From contig NC_091983.1 in the NCBI RefSeq assembly GCF_044704955.1, positions 46,934,001 through 46,998,000 on the forward strand: 64,000 bases of DNA. The letters run 5' to 3'. This DNA comes from Pristiophorus japonicus (lineage: Eukaryota). Shown here piece after piece: positions 12,696 to 24,995 of the stretch; the first letter of the stretch is position 1, and each line of letters opens with the position of its first letter. Made by a program: the position numbers and the translations under genes. The notes beneath the pieces are model-generated. The model was not told where the DNA came from. It made no database searches and saw only the letters and a program-made list of their open reading frames with translations.

Positions 12696-15600
12696 TTACC
12701 TGGTGCACCGCCTCGGTACAAATGTCTGTTCTGGTGTGTTGGCTGTGCCCTCGCTGGGCTGGCGTGTTGTTGGCCCTGCAGGGCTGTTGGGTGTGATGGG
12801 TTCGATTTCCTGGTCCGGTGTGGTGTCGTTGATCCTTTGGGTGTGTGTTGTGGGCTCGAAAAAGGAGGTGTCTGCTGTGGGTTGTTCAGGGCAATCTGTG
12901 AACCGCAGCCTCGTTTGGTCCAGGTGCTTTCTGCAAATTTGTCCATTGTCTAGTATGACTACAAACACCCTATTTCCTTCTTTAGCTATCACCATGCCTG
13001 CGATCCACTTGGGACCATGTCCATAGTTTAGCACATACACAGGGTCATTCAGATCAATTTCCTGTGACATGGTGACACGACCATCATTTACATTTTGTTG
13101 CTGCCGCTTGCTCTCTACCTGATCATGCAGGTTGGGGTGAACCAGCGAGAGTCTGGTTTTAAGTGTCCTTTTCATGAGTAGCTCAGCCGGGGGCACCCCT
13201 GTGAGCGAGTGGGGTCTCATGCGGTAGCTGAGCAGTACTCGGGACAGGCGGTTTTGGAGTGAGCCTTCTATGACTCGTTTAAGGCTCTGTTTGATGGTTT
13301 GTACTGCCCGCTCTGCCTGTCCATTGGAGGCTGGTTTAAACGGGACCAAGGTGCCTTGTTTGATCCCAATGCGGGTCATGAATTCTTTAAATTCGGCACT
13401 GGTGAAACATGGCCCGTTGTCACTGACCAGTATGTCAGGTAGGCCGTGGATGGCAAACATGGCCCTCAGGCTTTCAATGGTGGCGGTGGCGGTGCTTCCC
13501 GACATTATTTCACATTCAATCCATTTTGAAAAAGCACCACCACCAGGAACATTTTACCGAGAAACAGGCCCGCATAGTCGACATGGATCCTCGATCATGG
13601 TCTGGAGGGCCAGGACCACAAATGTAGTGGTGCCTCTCTGGGCGCGTTGCTCAACTGAGCACATACGCTGTATTGCCGTACACAGGACTCTAAGTCAGAG
13701 TCGATACTGGGCCACCACACGCAGGATCTGGCTATCGCTTTCATCATTACTATAACCGGGTGTGTGCTGTGGAGATCCGAGATGAACGTCTCCCTGCCTT
13801 TTTTTGGGTAGCACTACGCGGTTACCCCACAACAGGCAGTCTACCTGAATGGACAGCTCGTCATTTCGCCACTGGAATGGCTTGATTGGCTCTTGCATTT
13901 CAACGGGGATGCTGGCCCAGCTCCCATCTTTCTCCCCAAAAACTCCACTTCTGTTGCCATGAAGACGCATTTCAACCTCTTCAGCCGCAGCCCTACGCGA
14001 TCCAGTCGCTGGAGGACCTCCTCCAGGTTTTGTAGGTGCTCGGCGGTGCCCTGACCCGTGACCAATATGTCGTCCTGAAAAACCACCATGCATGGTACTA
14101 GAAACATAGAAACATAGAAAATAGGTGCAGGAGTAGGCCATTCGGCCCTTCTAGCCTGCACCGCCATTCAATGAGTTCATGGCTGAACATGCAACTTCAG
14201 TACCCCATTCCTGCTTTCTCACCATACCCCTTGATTCCCCTAGTAGTAAGGACTTCATCTAACTCCTTTTTGAATATATTTAGTGAATTGGCCTCAACAA
14301 CTTTCTGTGGTAGAGAATTCCACAGGTTCACCACTCTCTGGGTGAAGAAATTCCTCCTCATCTCGGTCCTAAATGGCTTCCCCCTTATCCTTAGACTGTG
14401 TCCCCTGGTTCTGGACTTCCCCAACATTGGGAACATTCTTCCTGCATCTAACCTGTCTAACCCCGTCAGAATTTTAAACGTTTCTATGAGGTCCCCTCTC
14501 ATTCTTCTGAACTCCAGTGAATACAAGCCCAGTTGATCCAGTCTTTCTTGATAGGTCAGTCCCGCCATCCCGGGAATCAGTCTGGTGAACCTTCGCTGCA
14601 CTCCCTCAATAGCAAGAATGTCCTTCCTCAGGTTAGGAGACCAAAACTGTACACAATACTCCAGGTGTGGCCTCACCAAGGCCCTGTACAATTGTAGCAA
14701 CACCTCCCTGCCCTTGTACTCAAATCCCCTCGCTATGAAGGCCAACATGCCATTTGCTTTCTTAACCGCCTGCTGTACCTGCATGCCAACCTTCAATGAC
14801 TGATGTACCATGACACCCAGGTCTCTTTGCACCTCCCCTTTTCCTAATCTGACTTGAGTAGGCTCTCCATGTTTCTCTGGAAGATCGCTGCAGCCGACCG
14901 AATTACAAACGGGCATCTGTTGTAGATGAACAGTCCCTTGTGTGTGTTGATGCAAGTAAGGCTCTTTGATGACTCCTCCAGCTCCTGCGTCATGTAGGCC
15001 GAAGTCAGGTCAAGCTTGGTGAACGTCTTGCCTCCTGCCAACGTCGCAAATAGGTCGTCTTCCTTAGTAGCGGGTATTGGTCCTGTAGCAAGAAACGATT
15101 AATAGTCACTTTATAATCGCCGCAAATCCTGACCGTGCCATCACTTTTGAGTATTGGAAAAATCAGGCTGGCCCACTCGCTGAATTCCACTGGGCAGATG
15201 ATGCCCTCGCGTTGCAGCCGGTCCAGCTCAATTTCCACTCTCTCCCTCATCATGTGAGGTTCCGCTCGCGCCTTGTGGTGAATGGGTCATGCCTCTGGGA
15301 CCAAGTGGATCCGCACCTTCGCCCCGGAAAAGTTTCCAATGCCTGGCTCAAAAAGGGAAGGACATTTGTTCAGAACCTGGGTATATGAGGCCGCATCGAC
15401 ATGTGATAGCGCTCGGATGTCATCCCAGTTCCAATGCGGGGCCATCGCCCAGGACAATCCAGAGTGGCAGTTCGTGCACCGTGCCCTCGAAGGTGACCTT
15501 GATCATGGCGCTGCCCAGGACAGTGATACGCTCTTTGGTGTACGTTCTCAGTTTCGTGTGGATGGGGTTCAGGGCTGGTCTGAATGCCTTGTTGCACCAC

Positions 15601-15760
15601 AGTCACTCAAACATCTTTTTACTCATGATGGATTGGCTAGCGCCAGTGTCCAGTTCCATGGCTACGGGTAAGCCATTCAATTTTACGTTTAGCATTATAG
15701 GTGGACATTTCGCCGAAAATGTGTGCACCCTATGTACTTCAGTATCTGCCTCCTCTCTCT
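12696..15760 (-). pseudogene. pol: Gypsy A pol fragments: protease, partial RT, integrase
   Basis: ELDTGAS (protease); VRICGDYK, KLDLTSAY and VFQDDILV (RT); LVSDNGPCF...PASNGQAERAVQTIK (integrase). Several frameshifts and a CR1 insertion. Confidence 0.92.
14099..14849 (-). mobile_element. CR1 LINE 3' fragment inserted in Gypsy A RT
   Basis: [19 protein letters not shown]...RVVNLWNSLP and an (ATAGAAAC)n tail. Removing it restores ESLLKSVPCMVVFQDD. Confidence 0.96.
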
Positions 15761-16639
15761 GAGGCTCGAAGTTGCTTTGATCCACCATGGACCGATCATC
15801 CTCTGCCACGTGGTGGTTAGCAGGTTTTGCACAGCTTGCAGCTTGTATGCAAGCTCGTTGGATGTGCCCCATTGTTCCACAGCTCTTGCAAACATACCCT
15901 TTGAAGCGGCATGAATAGGCTGAATGGAAGTATCCACAATGCCAACAAGTGTGAATTGCCTTACATTCATCCTTTGTTGCGGACTCTGAGTCATCTGGGT
16001 CACCTGAGGCCTGCTGGCAGTTGCAGACTCGTGGGTTCTGCCCTGTACATTTCTGCTCGCAAGCACAGTTCCAGTTAATTTATGAACATTGCTAGCACTT
16101 GTGTGCTGAGAGATTTGTTTGGTGTTATCACTGGTGGACATAAACACCTGTGCTATCGCAATGGTCTTACTGAGGGTCGGTGTCTCTACAATCAAAAGTT
16201 TTCGTAGGATGGTCTCGTGGCCAGTGCCCAGTACAAAAAAGTCTCTGAGTATTTGCTCCAGGTAGCTATCAAACTCACATTGTCCTGTAAGTCGCCTTAG
16301 CTCGGCGATGTAGCTCGCCACTTCCTGACCTTCAGATCGCTGGCACATGTCGAACCGATATCTCGCCATCAGCACGCTCTCCCTCGGGTTAAGATGCTTC
16401 CGATCCAGTATACACAGCTCCTCATATGACTTATCTGTGGGTTTCACTGGAGCCAGAAGATTCTTCATGAGGCTGTAGGTCGGTGCCCCACAAACTGTGA
16501 GGAGGACCGCTCTCCTTTTTGTAGCGTTTCCTTCTCCGTCCAGCTCATTGGCTACAAAGTACTGGTCTAGCCGTTCGACATAGGATTCCCAGTCCTCACA
16601 CTCCGAGAACTTCTCCAGGATGCCCACAGTTTGCTGCAT
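15695..16639 (-). pseudogene. gag: Gypsy A gag (frameshifted near the zinc knuckle)
   Basis: MQQTVGILEKFSECEDWESYVERLDQYFVANELDGE...ARYRFDMCQRSEGQEVASYIAELRRL. A parallel copy starts at 40176. Confidence 0.9.
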
Positions 16640-17294
16640 CTTTGTGTTTGATGCATATTCTTATCGGCAGTTATTGTGTTCCTAACGCAGATGAGGCTGC
16701 ACTCAGGGAGGTTAAAGTAACTGTGACCTCAGTCTTTAATAAGACACTCCAGAGTGAGGAACAGGCCTTGGGGGCCGGCTTATATACAATGCTCCCAAGG
16801 GATGCTGGGATCCCTTGGGACTTCAGGGGAAGAGCTCCCTGGTGGCGGAACATGGGAGTGCAGACTTTACAGATACACAACATATCTGACTTAGATATTG
16901 ACAAATGATTTGCTTGGCTGCTACCCATATGAAAGATGAAGAAGGGGAGGATTGCCTTCCACCCTTGGAAGGGCCATCCTCTCTTGTTGTAGCTTCTGTG
17001 CCAGTGCCTCCAACTCTTCAGGACTAAGGGAGCACTGTTGTCTACATTATCTCACTGCACAATTAGTCCAATTTTCTGCCTCTTCATATTTCACACTCCC
17101 CAGCCATGTGTGTTACTGGTTAAGCTCCCTGAACATATATTCCATGTACCATTGAGCTATTCTAATCATGGTGAAGGATTAACATATTCATTGCAACTAG
17201 CCCTTTGAGTTGCTGTCACAGGTAGCCGTAGGCCACAACCCCATTTTTGCTACTGATGCAAAATCGGGCGTATAGACTGCACGTCTAAAGAGGT

Positions 17295-17830
17295 TGCAAT
17301 GTTACCAATAAAACATTGGCCACACCCCATCTGGAGTACTGACTCCAGTTCTGGTTACCTCATGATTTGAAGGCGATTAGTGCCTTTGAGAGGGTACAGG
17401 AACAAGCAACAAAGATGATTCTGGTATCAGAAAGTAAAATATGATAAAACCTAAAGAAGTTGGACTTGTTTTATTTGGAAAAGAGGAGATTTTAAGATAA
17501 ATTCTTAAAGTTTTCAAGACTATAAACAGAATTGGAAAAATTGATCCAGTCCAATTGTTTGCTCTGATGAAAGGTTCAATGCATAGTTCAAATTTAGAAG
17601 TTAAGAGAAAGAAGGGAAATCGTGCAAAACTTATAGTCAAAAAATAAGGGAATTGAATGATAAATTACCAGGGAATGCTCCTGCGGAGTAACCTTGGGCC
17701 ATTCTACAATGTTAAAGGCTCTATATAAATGCAAGCCATTGTTGTTGAAGGGTATTGAAGTGAAAAATGTAACTGGGTTCAAAAAACAAATGGCGATTCT
17801 GAAAAAAACAGATCGAGAATACGAATAATA
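17295..17830 (+). mobile_element. Old degenerate CR1 fragment
   Basis: CACACCCCATCTGGAGTACTGACTCCAGTTCTGG (PHLEY..QFW-like) and GAGAGGGTACAG. Confidence 0.6.
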
Positions 17831-18033
17831 AGAAGTTGGTAGTTGGTATTCGATCTATAAAAAGGCACACACAGCGTCTAGAAGACAAAAGTACATTTTT
17901 AAAAATTTGTTTTAATTTTAGTTTTTATTGGTGAATCCAAGGCTGCTGACACTCACCCTGTGATAGGCATCCATGGCTCACTACTTCTGATGTATGCCCT
18001 GAATCCCGTGGGACTCTCTGACAAAGCGACTAT

Positions 18034-18713
18034 TGGCCCAGAAATCCTGGTCGGCTGCTCCCCGTGGGCAATCGAGAGAAAAGCGTGTGCACGTCAGGAC
18101 ATGCGCAGGGCTGGAGCTGCAGTCACATGGCTCTGGGGCAGCCAATCCAGGTAAAGTATGTTCTCATTCATAATAATGGGAACTCTGTAATTTGGAGTTC
18201 CCATTATTATGAATGAGAAAAACCCCCAAACACACAAAACTCTAATTAAAAATAGAAAAAGTACACCACATATTGTTATTAATTTAAATTAATGTATTTA
18301 AAAAATCTATATTTTTCTGATTTTTAAAATTTTTTTTTAATTAAGGTTTAAAATAAACTTACCGTAGTGGGGAGGGTTTTTAACAATAAAATGTGTTTTT
18401 ATAATTTTATTTTAAATTGTTTTTGTGTACTTTAAAACTCTTGTACCTGTAAAAGTAGGCTATGTGCCTGCTTTTATCAGGTGCAAGAGTTTTCAGAACG
18501 TTTACTGGGCAAGATATGGATAAATACCGCAAACTTGCCCTTGCAAATGTCCTCACTCCCGAGATACGGAAGGTCTGTCAAGCTCCAGCTTGACAGATCG
18601 GAAAAGCTGGTTTTCAGAGCATGCGCATTGTGCGTTCAAAATCGGCTTTTGCAATGCCTTCCCGGGTCTGTACACACTCTGTATGGACCTGGGAGGCCGG
18701 GATTTCTGGCCCA
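18034..18713. mobile_element. Non-autonomous TIR element (MITE, Harbinger-like ends)
   Basis: Imperfect TIRs TGGCCCAGAAATCCTGG / CCGGGATTTCTGGCCCA, flanked by TAT on both sides (1-bp boundary ambiguity). AT-rich centre, CpG-rich arms. Confidence 0.8.
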
Positions 18714-18914
18714 TATTAATTGCAGCTCAATCTGAAATGCAGCCATGGTCGGGCATTCCGTTAGTTGGCATTTGTTTCTGCTGATGTTAATAACCCTTCA
18801 ACTAGGCTGAAGTTTAATATTTTGATATTTCAAATAACAGTGTCGATATTTGATGTCTCCAAGATAAGAGGAGACTAATTGATGTCCTGTTACTGACTGC
18901 TCCATTTTTAATTG

Positions 18915-19289
18915 GGGCAGAGGAGCGGTGAGAGATCGGGGCCCAAGAGCGTCGTGATCGGGGCCCAGGAAAGGCGAGGGCCCAGGGGCAGCATGGGCCA
19001 GCCCACACTGCGATCTATGGACAGTAGGAGCATGTGTGCGCACTAAGTCCGTACAGCAGAGCCTGGTCTCCAGTCGTCTTGGTTAACCCTTAGCAGTGGA
19101 TCAAACCTAGCTCTGTCAAGCCCGTGTGGTAGCTGGTGTGCAATGGCTACCCCACATTAAAATAATCCACGCACAGGCATCTTCCACCCTTCAATATGTA
19201 GTTCGGGACCTAGAATGTCAGGTCCCTCAATGAAACATATGTGAACTCATCCCTTTTTGGTGTGGAAGCGGGGGACTGCCTAATAATAT
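18915..19289 (+). mobile_element. RTE-related non-autonomous retroelement
   Basis: GC-rich head with repeated GATCGGGGCCCA. The 3' end GTGGAAGC..GGGACTGCCTAATAATA resembles the RTE tail at 28400-28444. Confidence 0.6.
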
Positions 19290-20481
19290 ACTTCTGCAGT
19301 GGACGGAAGTCCTACCCTGCTGGAGATGACTCTGAGTAAGAACATTCAGGCTATGATCTTTAGCTGTCCCTAAAATTTTGAGGTGCTTCTGTATCTTAAC
19401 TACATGAAAATAGGTGAGGGAGCGATAGTCTTACCAAGCAATAAAAAGTATCTTTAAGTCCAATTTAATTAGTTATTGTTCTAAGTTTTTTTTTAGTACA
19501 ACCTAATAAGTCGAGTGACTTCTTTGTGAAACTCACAAATAACAATAATGTGGTTATAATTCAATTACAGCACTGTAATGTCTAATGTTGTCTGTTTTTC
19601 TGACCTTTAAACATCATGGGCAGAAGTTTTCATTAGGATGCACTGTTTGTTTCAGCACAATATGCTCGAAATCGGCCAAACCAGCGCAAAAGATTGAGGA
19701 ATTTCAAGCGCAAATTACGTCCAGCTTCTTTAAAGGCACCAAACAGTGGTGTTTTTAGACAGTTGTCAAGCTTATACTGGAATGGATTAGTTTTCCCCTT
19801 CCCTTCAGGTTTCAGTTGTGTTTGTGTGCCTTAATTGGATTGTAAACTTTCTGTCTGGAGGACTTGTGGAACAACGATGAGATCAAATATTTATCAGTGC
19901 TATTTACCAGAGATACCTGTCAAAGCCTGTTTTCATTTTGCTTTCTTATCACTTGCAGGGCAATCATTTCTTTTGATACAATTGAAAGACCACTGAAAAT
20001 ATTCTTCGATAAAGAGCTTAGCCAGTCTTATCCAAAGAAATTGATAAAAGAAAATCAATCCAGTTGTTCCCAAGTATAAGGAATCAATTATTTTGTTACT
20101 GGTTTGTTCCTGAATTGAAGTGGACAGTCTAGCACGCTTCCTTTGGAAGTGTCTAATGTTGTCCTTTTCTCTGACCTTTAAACATCAAGGTTGGATTTTC
20201 AGCTTTTGCGATTTCGGGCGGTAAGGACCACCTTGAAAAAGTTTGCGTCGTCGCCTGCAAATTTCACCAAAAGGTGAGGTTACATGATCGGGGTGGAAAA
20301 TCAGGCGTTTCACAAGGAGGTTTTTGTGTCCCGGCTGAAAATCATGGCATTAAAAAAGATTGCTATTTCACGCATGTGCAAACGCTTTTCAATTTTCCCG
20401 GCGCGGGCGGTCCTTTAGGATGCGCCGGTTTCCTGTGCACGTGCGCAGATGACCCGGCCCACTTCAGACACAGCGGCAGAG

Positions 20482-22469
20482 ATGGCGCAGCAAGTGGGCA
20501 GGCAGCATGCCAGACGATTCTCTGCAGAGCCTGCTGAGGCCTTAGATCAGGCCATTGAAAGGAGCTAGTCTGCACTTCATCTGGTTGGGGAAGGGAGGCC
20601 GTTGTCCAGCATATTTAAATGAATCAGGAGGAAGATAGCCTAGAAGGTGTCAGCGGCAGACACGGTGGCCAGAACTGGCACACAATTCTGCAAGAAGTTC
20701 AACGACCTCAAGGGTATTCACATTTATGTAGGCCTGCCATGGTTGAAGATCAATGTCTCACACAATGTTAAGTTTTTGATTGAGCTGTCCTTCCTCAATG
20801 TGTTGCAGACCATGGTGTGAGTTGCATAATACAGCACAAAGCTGGAGGCTCAATTTTCCAGCCAATCAGGATGCACCGACCCTCCTGTCCCCTAATCATT
20901 GTCAAGCCTCCTAGCACTGCACTCCCACTGTTGATATGCGTTTTTCAAACATCACCCTGAGACGCTATGCTACCTACTTCTCACCTCCTCCCACTCTTGA
21001 AAAACCTCAGTCACCAGCCACACAGATTGAACTGAAGACATTTGCACATTCACACAGTTGCAGCTGTAGAACTATGGAAGGCACATGTGGCACAACAGGA
21101 GGTGGACCCTCAATGAACCTTTCTTCTTGCTCTTATTGCAGGCCAAGGTCTCCCAAAACAAACGGGAGCAATGTTGTAAAGGAAGCGGACAGCCGGAGCT
21201 GCTGGAGCTCACTGACATTGAGCAGCGAGTGTCAGCCCTCAAGGGCACCCCAGTTCGCACAGTGGCTGGGGGTGATGCCGAGCCCCCTTCGGGTAGTGAG
21301 GGTATGTAAATGGAACTTGCGAATGATGTGACGTCCTCGACACTTAATATCAATTGGCCTGCCTCGCCCCTTTACATATACATGTCCAATGCCTCCTTCC
21401 TGCTATCGCCCTGCCCCCTCCCATGCTGCTAACCACACGTCTGTTGTTTTCTGCTTACAGATGACCAGCCAGAAGCGCTCCAGCTTTCCCGTGAGGCATC
21501 TACATCTGCCACGGGGGAGACGATGAGGGAGGGGATGAGAGTGTACTGCCTGAACATCACAGCCCACCAGTCGAACCGTCTGACAGCACAACATCTGGGG
21601 ACGAATGAGATTTCCCAGGGTTTGAGGACTCTGGGGCTCCTGGCCCCAGTGGTCTACAGCAATGCCCAGTGGGAGGGGAAGCTTGGAGGCCAGTTACCCG
21701 GATGGTGAGTCGGCCCAGTGGCCCTGCTCAAGAACAGGCAGACGTGGACCTGGAATTGGTGACAATATCCAGGGAGAAAACACAGATGCACCACGAGCTC
21801 ATGGGTGCATTGGTTAGGATTCCCCAGATCATCGACAATCTTGCTATGAGTGTTGCAGAGGCCGCCTCACGCATTGTCCCTCAGGACTCCAGCGAGGCCA
21901 TCCTTGCTCACTCACAGAGGCAGATAGCCTCCAGCAGCGAGAGTGGCATTCCAGAGTGTGTCGTGCATGCCATTGATCACGTCACAGCTGCGATCGAATC
22001 ACAGGCACAAGCTACGCTGCAGCTTCGTGATGTCATGTGATCAATGACTGGTACCATCCTCTCTGTGTTCCCCACTGTCCAACGGGGAAGTGACGGTGCC
22101 GAAGCAGGCCAGCAAGTTGTGGTGACACATCGTGCTCCGGATGCGGAGGCCCAGCCCTGTGTGAGTGTCATTGGTTCCCAGGAAATGGAAGGTGCTGTCT
22201 TTCCTCCGGATCACAGCATTCAGGCTCCCACCATTGACTCTCCCACCATGCATCTGACGTGGTCCACACCACAGCCATCAGAGATGGCTGCCGCCGATGC
22301 TGGGGCACGGCAGTCCACAGCCAGGCCTTCCAGGCCCAGAGCAGGTCCAGAACGGCCTCATAAGCCATCTGCACTGTCTGGCCCACCAACACAGCAGCCC
22401 TCAAGCAGACTTGCTGTAGGCACTGAGGCCTCATTGATGAGGAGCAACAGGCATGAGAGGGGGAAATGA
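20482..22469 (+). pseudogene. Harbinger Myb/SANT-like DNA-binding gene, 3 exons
   Basis: Exon 1 ARRFSAEPAEAL...KVSAADTVARTGTQFCKKFNDL (in-frame stops). Exon 2 at 21142-21301 (AG/GT) reads AKVSQNKREQ..GSGQPELLELTDIEQRV. Exon 3 starts at 21461. Confidence 0.85.
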
Positions 22470-22717
22470 AGGGAAGGGGGGAAATCTCTGAGCAAGTCCA
22501 ATTAGAAGCGGGACAACCTAGTGCAGATGCCTTGATGTATTCTGATTACGCATGTAAATAGTTGTTTGTCATTAATACATTTGTTGTTGAGTTACTTGCA
22601 GCAGAACGTTGTTTATTGTTTGCTTTTATTTTGATGGGTGGAACTGTTTGTTACTTCCTTGGATAAAAATGTCACTTTGACCCTTTGCCGTTGGTGTCGT
22701 GTGAATCATTCCAAAGT

Positions 22718-23881
22718 TCACTGTAGATGTGCCTTTATGGTCGCACGTATTAGCTGCACCCCACAACTTCCTCCATTCAAGCAAACTGGTCCATTATGAG
22801 CTGGCGACGTGCGGCTTTTGCTCCAGCAGCATCTCCACGCTGTCTTCCCCCATGGATGGGATGGCTGTCCAATCGCTGCCTCACCAGGCTCCTCTTCATC
22901 GTCCTCCTCCGCCTGAGGTGGGCCTGCAATCCCCACTGGCAATGCCTGGCCCCTCATTATGGCCAAGTTGTGTAGCATGCAGCACCCCACAATAAATTCG
23001 GAGACCAGTTGCGAGGAGTATTTGAGCACCCCAATTGTCTGTTCGATGATGTTGCAGGTGGCTGCATGGCTGTCATTGTAGCGATGCTCGGCTTCTGTGG
23101 TGGGGTTGCGGATGGGGGTCATGAGCCAGGTGGCTAGGACGTATCCTTTGTCCCCGAGCAGCCAGCCGCGCCATTCCCTTTGTCGCTGAAACATTTGTGA
23201 GTCACTGCTCTCACGCAAGATGAATGTATCATGTGCTCTCGCTGGATAGCGGGCATTCACTGCGAGGATGCGCTGAGTGTGGTCGCACACCAGCTGGACC
23301 TTTCGGGAGTGGTATCCCTTTCGGTTTCTGAATAGCTCAGCATTGTGGAATGGTGCTCGCCTGGTCACGTGTGTGCAGTCAATGGCTCCTTGAATCCTCG
23401 GTAAACTTGCAATTCTGCCAAACCCAAGTGCCCACTCATTCTGGCTGTCCCTGCTCATGGGGAACTTTATGAAGTCCATTCTGCAGGTGTACAGAACCTT
23501 TGTAATGTGGTGAATGCAGCGATGTGTAGAGTATTGAGAGATGCTGCATATGTCCCCTGCAGCTGCCTGGAAGGAGCCGGAGGCATAGAAGGCCAGCGCC
23601 ACAGTCACCTTCACTTTGATGGGCAGCGGAGTCGTGTTGGGGCTGGTAGGCTGCAGGTCTGCCTGTAGAAGATGGCATATCTCTGTCAGCACTTCCTTTC
23701 GGAAGTGCAGCCTTCTCACATACTGCCCCTCAGAGAGCTGGTGGTATGAGTGTTGGTGCCTGTAAACCCATGGGGGGTAAGCCTTCCTCCCCAAACGTAT
23801 TTGGCCTCTCTTCATTCTTGGGCCGACATGGCCAAGACCTCTTCTTCTTGCTTGAAGCCGCCTGCCAATAGCAACCAGCAT
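22718..23881 (-). pseudogene. Harbinger (HARBI1-like) DDE transposase
   Basis: ALAFYASGSFQ, GAIDCTHV, NRKGYHS, HDTFIL, LLGDKGY, IIEQTIGVLK, CCMLHNLAI. Lacks the QHFRSLDHSGGCLQ segment present in copy 2, and the C-terminus is frameshifted. Confidence 0.93.
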
Positions 23882-24995
23882 GATTTACTGGCAAACTTGT
23901 AATGCCGCATTAAATTCTCTCACTAACTATATAAGGACAATGTAATGGCTGATAAAACTGCTGCTTTCAAGTCGGAGCTTCACGCAGTGTGCTGTGCATA
24001 AACGTTGCGGGCAATGTAGGATCCTCCTCCCTCCATTTAAATACGCCGCCAATACCGCCTGCTGTACCTTGGGAACGCCTGATTTTTCAGACGTTTCCTG
24101 GGGCAGGCATTAAATGAGACGTTAGGGCCAAGTTTTACATCCGGGGCGCTAGCGGAGCGTTGCACGACAATTGACTACATGATCTCAGTGAAACTGGAGC
24201 ACGGGGCGGTAATTGTTTGCGCGCTGCAAACCATGAGCAGAATTTGTCCTCCGGGGCACTAACTGAGATGCAAGTGAGCCAAGAGTCCAGCCCATGCATA
24301 TATGGAGCTGTCTATCTCCCATGACATCACACACACAAAGTGAAGATATAATTCAGACCCCATTTTTATTCTGTATCTATTTTTACAAAATCATTTGAGT
24401 TAATATTATATATAGTTAAATAGCAAAACTTACAGCAATTTGGGAAGCAGAGAAATGGAGTTGGTTGAAGTATTGGACTTTCAGTGCAGTTTAGGCTGAG
24501 GAACTGGTGGTTGCAAAATTGAGGTGCTAGAGTGCCATCTCTAGCAGGAGGGTTTAAGAGGTGGAGAGATGGAGTGCTGTCATTTATCCTTACATACTCC
24601 GAAGGCAGTGACAAGAGATAACAGTGGAGGTCAATGCCAGGAGAGTAGCCCCAAGGACCTGAATGCAGTGCAGGAAGACGTTTAATAATCTCACACGCAT
24701 GGTCAAGGTCGGTGAATGCATCTTCAAATGCCATATCCTACCAACTGCACCACTAGATTCATCCACTGCGCAATTCACTGCACCCAAAACACTCACCTAC
24801 CAACAATCTCTAACAATCAGGACTCGTACCTAACATTCAAATGGTTTACCTCACCCTCACACACTTCGCACGTTGCAAGCCTCGCACCCACATCTCAAAG
24901 CTTACACACACTGGCAGCTATTCAACTATGACAGCCACAGCATTCAAACATATTGCACGACACTCACTGACACATTTCATTCTTTCTGGCAGGAG

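Larger units (their letters stand above)
12422..16882 (-). mobile_element. Gypsy LTR retrotransposon A, internally deleted
   Basis: 211-bp LTRs at 16672-16882 (5') and 12422-12632 (3'), about 17 mismatches by eye. TSD TATCT on both sides, PPT at ~12633-12650, degenerate PBS at ~16660-16671. Order is gag-PR-RT-IN; the RT C-terminus/RNase H is missing at ~13925. Confidence 0.97.
11903..16943 (+). mobile_element. Vingi-like LINE 3' fragment (11903-12421 plus 16888-16943), interrupted by Gypsy A
   Basis: Reads PTSWLFMLANIAPPCLRR...DPTVQAEGSNLPHKQWPNINHFRTGHGRCCQLL...CGAPNRTREHITAHCP and continues LAWIS|DLDIDK* across the Gypsy TSD. Ends CATATGAAAGATGAAGAAG. Confidence 0.7.
20188..24293. mobile_element. 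PIF/Harbinger transposon copy 1, near full length
   Basis: Convergent Myb gene (+) and transposase (-). Degenerate TIRs AGGTTGGATTTTCAGCT vs GGGCTGGACTCTTGGCT (all differences are transitions). TSD not clear. Confidence 0.88.

Noticed and set aside
14099-14120. Short tandem repeats as a CRISPR-like array
   Set aside because: These are CR1 3' terminal 8-bp repeats with no spacers. No prokaryotic features occur in the window.
14197-14955. 252-aa ORF as a novel fusion gene
   Set aside because: An out-of-frame Gypsy segment joined by chance to an inserted CR1 fragment.
22718-23881. Host HARBI1 or NAIF1 gene
   Set aside because: It lies within TIRs, has a decayed sister copy in the same window, and carries lesions.
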